Virus record (IMG/VR): IMGVR_UViG_3300030108_006260
Coordinates: 62,001 to 126,000 of that record
Direction: 5' to 3' (one strand)
Length of the DNA: 64,000 bases
Made by a program: the position numbers and the translations under genes. Positions 16,759 to 24,108 of the stretch are shown piece by piece. Numbering within the stretch: position 1 is the first letter of the stretch; every line of letters begins with the position of its first letter. The notes below the pieces were generated by a model. It made no database searches and had not been told where the DNA came from. It worked only from the letters and a program-made list of their open reading frames with translations.

Positions 16759-16846
16759 GTTGCTCTCTACCATAAGAAGGGTTGTATCTTCCCTCAACCC
16801 AGAGGCTAAGCACCTTGTTGCTCTCTACCATGAGAAGGGTTGAAAC
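16759..16846. CRISPR. Cas-less mini CRISPR-like unit (2 repeats, 1 spacer)
   Basis: GTTGCTCTCTACCAT(A/G)AGAAGGGTTG at 16759 and 16817 (25/26 identical). The second copy ends GTTGAAAC, the first is degenerate (GTTGTATC). 28-nt spacer 16789-16816; weak internal hairpin. Confidence 0.6.
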
Positions 16847-16872
16847 AAGTATGTAGAGGCAGTTTATTATAG

Positions 16873-16947
16873 TGGTGCCCCGAACAGGAATCGAACCTGT
16901 GACCACCGGGCTTCAACCGGCCGCTCTACCAACTGAGCTATCGGGGC
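16873..16947 (-). tRNA. tRNA-Phe(GAA)
   Basis: Loop TTGAAGC, CCA. Confidence 0.95.
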
Positions 16948-16948
16948 G

Positions 16949-17023
16949 TGGCAGGCCACTAAGGACTTGAACCCTAACTAACGAATTTGGAATTCGTTGT
17001 GCTACCAATTACACTAGTGACCT
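16949..17023 (-). tRNA. tRNA-Trp(CCA)
   Basis: ACGAA-TTCCAAA-TTCGT, CCA. Confidence 0.95.
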
Positions 17024-17024
17024 A

Positions 17025-17100
17025 TGGCGGGAGATGCAGGGTTTGAACCTGCGACAATTGAGTTAACAGCTCACCGCTCTACCAACTGAGCTAATCTCCC
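17025..17100 (-). tRNA. tRNA-Asn(GTT) copy 1
   Basis: Loop CTGTTAA, G73, CCA. Confidence 0.93.
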
Positions 17101-17102
17101 TT

Positions 17103-17179
17103 TGGCGGGCCCTGCAAGAATCGAACTTGCCTTATTCTGGTTAACAGCCAGGCGCACTCACCAGAGGTGCTAAGGACCC
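17103..17179 (-). tRNA. tRNA-Asn(GTT) copy 2 (divergent body)
   Basis: Loop CTGTTAA, G73, CCA; acceptor and D-arm differ from copy 1. Confidence 0.9.
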
Positions 17180-17230
17180 ATTGTGCAGGGAAGCCACTCC
17201 CTGCGGACAAATACGTATTCAGTTTTCAAG

Positions 17231-17305
17231 TGGATCGGGAGGCTGGGTTTGAACCAGCGACATACGGAATCAGAACCCGTCGTTCTACCACTGAACTACT
17301 CCCGA
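17231..17305 (-). tRNA. tRNA-Gln(CTG)
   Basis: ACGGG-TTCTGAT-TCCGT, U1-A72, CCA. Confidence 0.9.
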
Positions 17306-17306
17306 A

Positions 17307-17382
17307 TGGTGGATCTGTGGGGAATCGAACCCCAAATCGTCCGGTTAAGAGCCGGCTGCTTTACCATTGAAGCTACAGATCC
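17307..17382 (-). tRNA. tRNA-Lys(CTT)
   Basis: Loop CTCTTAA, CCA. Confidence 0.95.
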
Positions 17383-17402
17383 AGTACGAGCCTAAGATAT
17401 AA

Positions 17403-17441
17403 AGAACAAAAAAACCGCCGAGGCTAGTGCCTGGGCGGTTC
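17403..17441 (-). terminator. intrinsic terminator of putative attenuator
   Basis: AACCGCCCAGGC-ACTA-GCCTCGGCGGTT (11 of 12 bp paired) followed by TTTTTGTTCT on the minus strand, about 20 nt before tRNA-Lys. Confidence 0.85.
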
Positions 17442-17460
17442 AAAGTAACACTTTGTCGTT

Positions 17461-17595
17461 TTACGACAGGGTGGAACCGCACACACCCGTTGAAATATTG
17501 GTAGACTGCACATCAAAAGAAAACGCAGCAATACTGTCCCGGCGATACGAGCGCCAAGCAGAGCTAAGTTTTATATTTTGATGACGTGTCTTCAT
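17461..17595 (-). CDS. 44-aa leader peptide (uORF) of putative attenuator
   Basis: ATG 17595 to TAA 17461: MKTRHQNIKLSSAWRSYRRDSIAAFSFDVQSTNISTGVCGSTLS; below the 60-aa track cutoff. Confidence 0.65.
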   Translation of the reverse strand: MKTRHQNIKLSSAWRSYRRDSIAAFSFDVQSTNISTGVCGSTLS

Positions 17596-17604
17596 GACTT
17601 AGAG

Positions 17605-17633
17605 AGTATGAGGTATGAGTAGATACATGTCAA
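17605..17633 (-). promoter_or_regulatory. sigma70-type promoter TTGACA-17-CATACT
   Basis: -35 at 17628-17633, -10 at 17605-17610; predicted +1 near 17599-17598, only 3-4 nt before the uORF ATG. Confidence 0.8.
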
Positions 17634-17674
17634 GAAAAAAGTTACTAAGTTGTAGAGAAAGTTAAACTACAACC

Positions 17675-18496
17675 CTAAAGTGCCCAAGGACCTTCTTCTG
17701 ACGTGAACCCGGCCGAGTTCCAATGACCGCCTCCTCCTAGAGATCTTGCGAGAGAAGACACATCAAAGTTAGACCCCTCTTCATCGGAACGCAAGGAGTA
17801 AACGAACAATCCGTTGTTTATCTGCCTCCAGCCTACACTGAACAGGCTGTCTTTAGCCAAGGAGTTTAGTAGCTCTGACACAGCATAGAAAGGTGCGTTC
17901 ACAACTGGGATGTCTGAGTATCCCTTGAAGGTCGAGTTAATAGCCTGTAGCTTCATCTGTTCAACGTAGGAACCCTTGGCACGGAGTATAGCCTCCCCTT
18001 CACTACAAACAACTCCTGGATTTGTAGAAAGGCGATGGTCCAAAAGGTTCCAGTTATCGAAGCTAAAGGTATAGCTGGTGACTACGGCATTGATCTCGAC
18101 CGACTTCGGCACAGAAAACCTCCACAAATCCCTATCCTCCACACAGTCAACCAAAAGAGGTCTCTTAGTGTTCGGATGGAAAAAGTCCCAAGACATTCCG
18201 GCACCCGACCTATCCATGTCGAAAAAGCAACCGGGCATACCTTCAAGGTCGTCTTTTGCAGTTAGGTGGTGGTCCAGCACTGTCAAACTTCGTGCCATGT
18301 CCGAAAGGAGCATAAGGTCGTCTCTTTTATAAGAGAAGTCAAGGATATAAACGTCCTTGTCTGTGACATCCGGAATTTCTAGGTCAGAGTAGTTAACGGA
18401 TTTGTAGTCTGCTCGGTCACCAAACTTCTTGTAAGCAGCCCACGCAGAGGTGAACCCGTCGGGACAATCCCCATGGTATAAGACTAAAGTATCCAT
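17675..18496 (-). CDS. DHH/DHHA1 phosphoesterase
   Basis: LYHGDCPDGF, ILDFS, LDHH, GGGGH..SAGF motifs. Confidence 0.9.
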   Translation of the reverse strand: MDTLVLYHGDCPDGFTSAWAAYKKFGDRADYKSVNYSDLEIPDVTDKDVYILDFSYKRDDLMLLSDMARSLTVLDHHLTAKDDLEGMPGCFFDMDRSGAGMSWDFFHPNTKRPLLVDCVEDRDLWRFSVPKSVEINAVVTSYTFSFDNWNLLDHRLSTNPGVVCSEGEAILRAKGSYVEQMKLQAINSTFKGYSDIPVVNAPFYAVSELLNSLAKDSLFSVGWRQINNGLFVYSLRSDEEGSNFDVSSLARSLGGGGHWNSAGFTSEEGPWAL

Positions 18497-18505
18497 AGTA
18501 AATTA

Positions 18506-18709
18506 TTAGTTTTCCTTGCTGTTCCACACAGCAATAAAAGAATCAATTATAGGGTTAGAGTTATTCCTTGCATCATCTAAGTTCTTTGCAGGAACGATGA
18601 TCTTTAGAAGAAGCTTCTTTCGGGGTCGAATAAGAAACACTCTAACTTCGGAAAGGTGGTCATCCCCTGGCGAGATGTAGTGTACACTGAGGTCCTGAGT
18701 AGTAAGCAT
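18506..18709 (-). CDS. hypothetical protein
   Basis: 67-aa ORF in operon order. Confidence 0.45.
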   Translation of the reverse strand: MLTTQDLSVHYISPGDDHLSEVRVFLIRPRKKLLLKIIVPAKNLDDARNNSNPIIDSFIAVWNSKEN

Positions 18710-18721
18710 AATAATAAACCT

Positions 18722-19234
18722 CTAGTGAAAAGTGTCTGGGTCAGTAGTTCCACTATCAGAATCAGTATCATCATCTTCTTCTGAGTAGTTTCCCCCAGTA
18801 GAAATGGAGTCTTGCATAATTGATGCTATCCCAAGCTTTCTTGCTGCTGCCAACGCCTGATAGGCTGTTACACATAGACGGGCATACCGTACACTAGATG
18901 TCGTTCCCTCCAGCATGTAGTTGTCACCGTACATAAAACGGTTGATTTCATCGTCAGTGGCACCTGCCGACTCCAGATCTTTCTGGATAAAGTTAAACAT
19001 TTTGCCTTGAAAGGTCATGTTCTCTTCTGTCGAAGAGGCTGTCATTCGAACGTGAGATAATGCTGTCTCTTGTAACGAATGAGCGAGTACCTGAGACAGT
19101 ACTAGGTCTCTAGTAACTAGTTTAAGTGCACCGAGGACATCCTCCTTGGTGGCATCTTCTGTCACTAGCTTATCGATTCGATTATCTACGATAGAGTCTA
19201 AAAGATCAGTAGGATCTACAGTTTCGTCACTCAT
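18722..19234 (-). CDS. hypothetical protein
   Basis: 170-aa ORF with SD-like AAGGA upstream. Confidence 0.65.
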   Translation of the reverse strand: MSDETVDPTDLLDSIVDNRIDKLVTEDATKEDVLGALKLVTRDLVLSQVLAHSLQETALSHVRMTASSTEENMTFQGKMFNFIQKDLESAGATDDEINRFMYGDNYMLEGTTSSVRYARLCVTAYQALAAARKLGIASIMQDSISTGGNYSEEDDDTDSDSGTTDPDTFH

Positions 19235-19260
19235 TATTTTCCTTACTAAGAAGAACAGGG

Positions 19261-19782
19261 CTACTTTACAAGTCTCTTCTTTTTCTTAGCAGCGAGTCTC
19301 TTGTTTTTTGCTTCAATCTTTTCCCACTCCCGCCACCTACGATGGGAGTTTATGATCCGGTCCAGTTTCTGTTTCTCAAATTTTTCTGCTCTTGAGAAAT
19401 CTGGATGGCGTACTTCTAGGCACTTAAACCTATCATCGTGAGGGTAAGCATATTTGTCGCAATCAAACTGGCGGGGGCCCATATGGAGATGCAGCATCTC
19501 ATGGTAAAGAACGAAGTCAAGGTACCACAGAGGAACTCTTTTGTCATCCAATATAGAGTTTATTTTCAAGAACCTTTCCCTAAACACACAAAGAGCAAGA
19601 GATAAGTTAGAGTTGTTACGTCCCAGAGGGAAAGTTCGCCAGCCCACTCCCCCGCACACCATGCCTGAAAATTGGACCAGGTTGACCTTATCAAACCTCT
19701 GTATAAGTCGAGTCTTCCTAAACTTAGGTTTGGGGGGCTTTCTGACAGACACTGTAATTTCCTCCACTAGAGAAATAACCAC
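19261..19782 (-). CDS. SprT/M48-like HExxH metallopeptidase-domain protein
   Basis: DFVLYHEMLHL...PHDDRFK pattern. Confidence 0.7.
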   Translation of the reverse strand: MVISLVEEITVSVRKPPKPKFRKTRLIQRFDKVNLVQFSGMVCGGVGWRTFPLGRNNSNLSLALCVFRERFLKINSILDDKRVPLWYLDFVLYHEMLHLHMGPRQFDCDKYAYPHDDRFKCLEVRHPDFSRAEKFEKQKLDRIINSHRRWREWEKIEAKNKRLAAKKKKRLVK

Positions 19783-19994
19783 ACAGGCCCCTGGCAGTAA
19801 CCTTACTTTAATTTTTACAACTATACAATAATATTATATGCTTCTAAGGAAGAACCACCAAGAATCGGGTAGGAAGTCCAAAATCTCAAACCATAGTATA
19901 TCTAAAATATCATCCAGTATAAAAAACAGGAAAAATCCAGATAAACAGCCACATAGGAAACAAAAAGGACCTGTAGCTATTACTGGTAGCTTCA

Positions 19995-20519
19995 CTATTT
20001 CTGAAAGCCTGTATACCGTAAGTTCTTCCTCTTTTTCCTCTTCTTGATGTCAGAAGTAATGAACCTACGTGACGACCTATTTAGGTGGTCAGTGAAAACT
20101 TTTCCGTTGAGGTGGTCCAATTCGTGTTGGAAGCACTGGGCAGATAAATCTGACAAGGACATTTCGAATTCGTTGAATTCCGTATCCTTACCTCTGACCA
20201 GGATAGAAGTATCCCGAGACACAGGTTCAGAATACCCAGGAAAAGAAAGGCATCCTTCGTCAGCCGGGGCACTCACACCAGACACACAGACGATCTCAGG
20301 ATTTAAAAATACAAGAGGACTCTCTCCCTCAGTAACATCCATGACAAAAACCCTCTTCAGGACATTTATCTGTGGTGCCGCCAAGCCAATCCCACTGTAC
20401 GCGTACATTGTTTCCAGCAGGTCGTTTACCAGGGCAGAAACGTTATCCTCCTTCTCAACAGGAAGGCACGGCTCCCTAAGAGAAGGGTGGGGGTAGACTA
20501 GTATCTCACGAATAGCCAT
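19995..20519 (-). CDS. def: peptide deformylase
   Basis: All three PDF motifs: GIGLAAPQI, EGCLS, QHELDHLNG. Confidence 0.97.
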   Translation of the reverse strand: MAIREILVYPHPSLREPCLPVEKEDNVSALVNDLLETMYAYSGIGLAAPQINVLKRVFVMDVTEGESPLVFLNPEIVCVSGVSAPADEGCLSFPGYSEPVSRDTSILVRGKDTEFNEFEMSLSDLSAQCFQHELDHLNGKVFTDHLNRSSRRFITSDIKKRKKRKNLRYTGFQK

Positions 20520-20520
20520 G

Positions 20521-20955
20521 TCAGGAACAAAACCCTAGGATAAAGTTATCGGGATCTAGGCTTTTACTGTTCCCATCAATAAATGATACAACTTCTCCGT
20601 CACGAAGGAGGCGTCCCAATTTTGACTCCAGTACATATTGAGAAATTGGGACCTTGGAGGAGAAGCTCATACCCTGGTGCTCTAAAACAAAGCACCATTT
20701 CTGTAGCTTCTTGTCCCATACTGTTCTCTTGATACGGTAGGAGGCGTAAGGAGAAACAGCTGCTACATCCATTTCCACTGCCGAGTTCCTACTGGACACC
20801 CCTCTATGCTCCTTCCTGTACTCGTTTGCGCAGTAGCGGGAGCAAAACGTCTGATTCCTAGATCTGATGACAGAGAAAGTAAACTCACAACGAGGGCAGA
20901 CAGAAAGAACCCTTCCGGGGGATATCTCAGAAATAATTATAGGCTCAGGAGTCAC
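20521..20955 (-). CDS. Zn-finger plus degenerate HNH-like protein
   Basis: CPRC...FCSRYC; LGRLLRDGEVVSFIDGNSKSLDPDN resembles HNH_3 but lacks the catalytic His. Confidence 0.5.
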   Translation of the reverse strand: MTPEPIIISEISPGRVLSVCPRCEFTFSVIRSRNQTFCSRYCANEYRKEHRGVSSRNSAVEMDVAAVSPYASYRIKRTVWDKKLQKWCFVLEHQGMSFSSKVPISQYVLESKLGRLLRDGEVVSFIDGNSKSLDPDNFILGFCS

Positions 20956-21311
20956 TTTTTGTTTTTCTTTCTTCTTCTTTTACGGGCTTTCTTCCTGGCG
21001 GCAGCACTGGGTCCCTTCTTTCTGAGGAGGGGCACCACGGACCTAGGAAGGGGGCCATCGAGTAGCCTATCAGGGCTTTTCTCTAAGGATATTCCGTCCC
21101 ACCTGTGAACCGATTTTACGTGTTCCCAAAGTTCTCCAGGAGAGCTTGCGTGAAATACACTTCTGTTGCATGGTGACTTGCAAGGTACCTCTACTAATCC
21201 GTTTGGTGTGTTATACAAAGAGTAACACACTTTCTCAACGGAACAAGGCTTACAGTAAGGACAAGGCCATACACCTTTGTGGTCTGAGTTTCCTGTACAT
21301 AAGGGGCTCAT
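20952..21311 (-). CDS. Cys/His-rich hypothetical protein with basic tail
   Basis: CPYC..C, C..PC, H...VH; Lys/Arg-rich C-terminus. Confidence 0.5.
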   Translation of the reverse strand: MSPLCTGNSDHKGVWPCPYCKPCSVEKVCYSLYNTPNGLVEVPCKSPCNRSVFHASSPGELWEHVKSVHRWDGISLEKSPDRLLDGPLPRSVVPLLRKKGPSAAARKKARKRRRKKNKK

Positions 21312-21360
21312 GATAAGTAAAGGCGTAAGACCTTAGTATCTCCTTCTGGTTTATGAAAAC

Positions 21361-21753
21361 TCACTGATCCTCAACTTCTTTCTGTAGATTTTTTAGATTT
21401 TCTATTATGGGGTCGAGATCCGTTTTGAGGATCCTTTCAAGAAGGTACCCATCAATAGACTTCTCCTGTGCAGGAGGACCTACCCTTTCTAGGTGGGGAG
21501 CACGTCTGTAGAGACGAATAAACACAAGGGGACAGTATTCGTCTCCCTGAGACATTCCACGGTCAACTAGACCTGGATAGTTAAACATGTCTTCGGGGTA
21601 AAGGACCCTTCGATCTACCCTAAATACTTTCCATATATTCAAAGAAGGGAAATCAAGCTGGTTTACCACCAGGTCCCCCTTTTTTATAGAAGGGTCCCAC
21701 TGCTTAGAAGCAATGACGGAAACATTTCCCCTATTCCTCTGCTTCTTGTTCAC
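21361..21753 (-). CDS. hypothetical protein
   Basis: 130-aa ORF; overlapping start/stop with neighbours. Confidence 0.6.
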   Translation of the reverse strand: MNKKQRNRGNVSVIASKQWDPSIKKGDLVVNQLDFPSLNIWKVFRVDRRVLYPEDMFNYPGLVDRGMSQGDEYCPLVFIRLYRRAPHLERVGPPAQEKSIDGYLLERILKTDLDPIIENLKNLQKEVEDQ

Positions 21754-22322
21754 TTATAGATTACCTCACAGCTAACAGATGCAACATCTTCCTTGAGGTC
21801 TACATTAACTTGAAGAACCTGTACTGATTCAAACAATCCTGTTCCTGATACAGCAGGGTCTAGGCAGTAGGCTGAGAATGTTTCTTTTAACTTAGAAACT
21901 GTCCAAGTAGCCTCGGGATTCGGAGGAATTCTCAAATCCTCCAAAGGTCCTGAGCACTTAAGTGTAACTACACCGTGGCCCGAAAAAGACGGTCGGAGAT
22001 CGGATGAAACTTCCCAAGTGAAAATCCTCTCAGCGACTTTCTTAAGGTGAGGAGTGAGATCATGGGCCGGACTAACTAAAACAGGTTTAGCTACACATAC
22101 TCTAGTGTCTGTCGCAGACACTGGCTTAAACTTGTATCTAGGGTCTTTGAGGAGGCTCTTTTTAAGTGATGATAGCTTCTTCCACTCTTTCGACCTAATA
22201 CTCAACCCCTGAGTCTTAATGAGCGCCTGTAGACGAGTTAGTTCTTTTTCCACGTCAGTAGGAAATGAATACTCCTCGAAAGACAAGTTCCCAAACTCAC
22301 TGTCAGGGACCTTAGGATCCAC
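21750..22322 (-). CDS. hypothetical protein
   Basis: 190-aa ORF. Confidence 0.6.
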   Translation of the reverse strand: MDPKVPDSEFGNLSFEEYSFPTDVEKELTRLQALIKTQGLSIRSKEWKKLSSLKKSLLKDPRYKFKPVSATDTRVCVAKPVLVSPAHDLTPHLKKVAERIFTWEVSSDLRPSFSGHGVVTLKCSGPLEDLRIPPNPEATWTVSKLKETFSAYCLDPAVSGTGLFESVQVLQVNVDLKEDVASVSCEVIYK

Positions 22323-22743
22323 TCGAAAACTCCATGAGCTTTGATTTCAACAGGTCCTTATCCCATGAAGGTAGGTTCGTTACAGCTACCATAAATCCCA
22401 GGGAACACGGAAGAGATACCGAGTACCATCCCTCCAAAGAAGAAAGAAAGGAAGAAAGAGAGACAGCGTCCTCCTTAACTGCAACCCGAAAAACTTCTGT
22501 GATTCTGGCGTCTGTGGAAGTGTCTTCCGTAGAGTGGGACTCAAGGTTAGATTCAATACTCACTAAATATCCATCTTTCTTCATAGCACAAACTAGACGA
22601 TCCCACGTATCATTAAACGTGGGAGTAGGAACCAAGCTTCCTCCGCAAACAGCATCACGAAAAGCAACAAATGATTCGTTTACCTTCCTAACTACTTTAG
22701 TTTCGGGAGTTACTTTTTCTGTAGAACTGTCTGTGTGTTCCAA
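22312..22743 (-). CDS. hypothetical protein
   Basis: 143-aa ORF. Confidence 0.6.
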   Translation of the reverse strand: MEHTDSSTEKVTPETKVVRKVNESFVAFRDAVCGGSLVPTPTFNDTWDRLVCAMKKDGYLVSIESNLESHSTEDTSTDARITEVFRVAVKEDAVSLSSFLSSLEGWYSVSLPCSLGFMVAVTNLPSWDKDLLKSKLMEFSSGS

Positions 22744-22746
22744 TTT

Positions 22747-23166
22747 CTACACCTTTCTAAATAGAGGGAGGCACAGCCCCCGTAAGAGATCACGAAAAGA
22801 GTCCATACTCTCAGGGTGGAGAGACAGCACAGTGCTTCCTGACATAACAGCCTTATCTGACCTATCGAAATCTTCAATAAGTCCAGATAAAAAAGAAAGG
22901 TGCTTGAAAACTTTATCTGAAGACCCTGGGTCAAGAAGGTCTTCTACCATCTGAGACACCTCTTCATCCAGCCTCTCACGTACAACCGTGCGTAACTCGT
23001 GCCTTAGATAAAAAGGAAACCCGCTTATGAAGGGTATGGACTTAGCACCGCAGACTGGGCAGCTGTCTCCACCTGCATTAATAGTGGAGCATGCAGTACA
23101 ACAGTAGTATCGTGGCGAACTATTTGTTTCTTCTGTAGTGTTCATAGGTTTCTTGCCTACCAACAT
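22747..23166 (-). CDS. Zn-ribbon protein
   Basis: CTAC...CPVC motif. Confidence 0.55.
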   Translation of the reverse strand: MLVGKKPMNTTEETNSSPRYYCCTACSTINAGGDSCPVCGAKSIPFISGFPFYLRHELRTVVRERLDEEVSQMVEDLLDPGSSDKVFKHLSFLSGLIEDFDRSDKAVMSGSTVLSLHPESMDSFRDLLRGLCLPLFRKV

Positions 23167-23184
23167 TACTATGAGAAGGGTTTA

Positions 23185-23649
23185 CTAGTCCCAGTCTGCC
23201 TCCCACTCGTCGGAGTCTTCTCCCGAGGAGATGTCTATTTCAGGCGGAGGGCCTGGAAGTATAACTTCTTCTTTTGGAAGGGAGGGACGGGAGGAATTTG
23301 ATGCTGCCACTGCATCTTTGTCAGACGTAGAAGGTGAGGGAGCAGAGGACGAAGTTGACGGCTTAGGTGAAGTTGAGGAAGGCGAGCCGGAGTTAAACTT
23401 TGCGGGTGTTCTCTTCTTCCTTTTCTTGGTATCCGTCTTTTTCTTTTTTCTCAGGGGCTCTGCACCTTCGTCAAAATCAAAGGATAGAGAGTTATCCAGA
23501 CCCAAAACAACCTCAAATCCGAGTATCATTCCTCTTATCTGATCCTGGTTGAGGGCTTGTCCTCCTACGTACACTTTTCCATTACCCCTAATGAGTATTG
23601 TTGTCAACTTTTCTCTATCTTGCTTCAGCCTTGTCTTAGACACAGCCAT
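23185..23649 (-). CDS. hypothetical protein with low-complexity K/S/acidic tail
   Basis: 154-aa ORF. Confidence 0.6.
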   Translation of the reverse strand: MAVSKTRLKQDREKLTTILIRGNGKVYVGGQALNQDQIRGMILGFEVVLGLDNSLSFDFDEGAEPLRKKKKTDTKKRKKRTPAKFNSGSPSSTSPKPSTSSSAPSPSTSDKDAVAASNSSRPSLPKEEVILPGPPPEIDISSGEDSDEWEADWD

Positions 23650-23658
23650 AAAACTACT

Positions 23659-23806
23659 CCTACTCCCTAGACCCCTCGTCAGATGATAGTATCTTCCTGA
23701 GCTTCTTTACAAGACGAAGGACTTTCTGGGTACCTTTGTATCCTACAGAGCGCAAGTTTGATTCTAGCTCGTCTAAAATCTTCTCAGGGTCCTTAAGGTC
23801 TGGCAT
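23659..23806 (-). CDS. small hypothetical protein (48 aa)
   Basis: MPDLKDPEKILDELESNLRSVGYKG...; below the track cutoff; AAGGAG SD upstream. Confidence 0.5.
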
Positions 23807-23923
23807 GACTACTGACTCCTTTTCGAAGGAAAGGGCAGTATTCTTAATTTATTAAGTTTATATTCTACCGTAGAATTTAATAGAAAAAAGGCCATGTTAT
23901 AATATAACATAACCTTTATTAGA

Positions 23924-23998
23924 TGGTCGGAGCGACAGGGATCGAACCTGCGATTTCTGGTTCCCAAAACCAGCGACTTACCACTAGCCTACACTCCG
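23924..23998 (-). tRNA. tRNA-Pro(TGG)
   Basis: CTGGT-TTTGGGA-ACCAG, C1-G72, A73, CCA. Confidence 0.95.
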
Positions 23999-24074
23999 TC
24001 TGTTTAGGACCCGAGCGTAGACTCGGATCCTATCTGGGATCTATTGGTGTATGATTTTTACTCATTACTCCTAT

Positions 24075-24108
24075 AGTATAACACACTACTAAAGACATGC
24101 AAGTACTT
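24075..24108 (-). promoter_or_regulatory. sigma70-like promoter TTGCAT-16-TG-T-TATACT preceded by AAGTAC
   Basis: -35 at 24097-24102, extended -10 at 24075-24080; upstream of tRNA-Pro. Confidence 0.55.
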
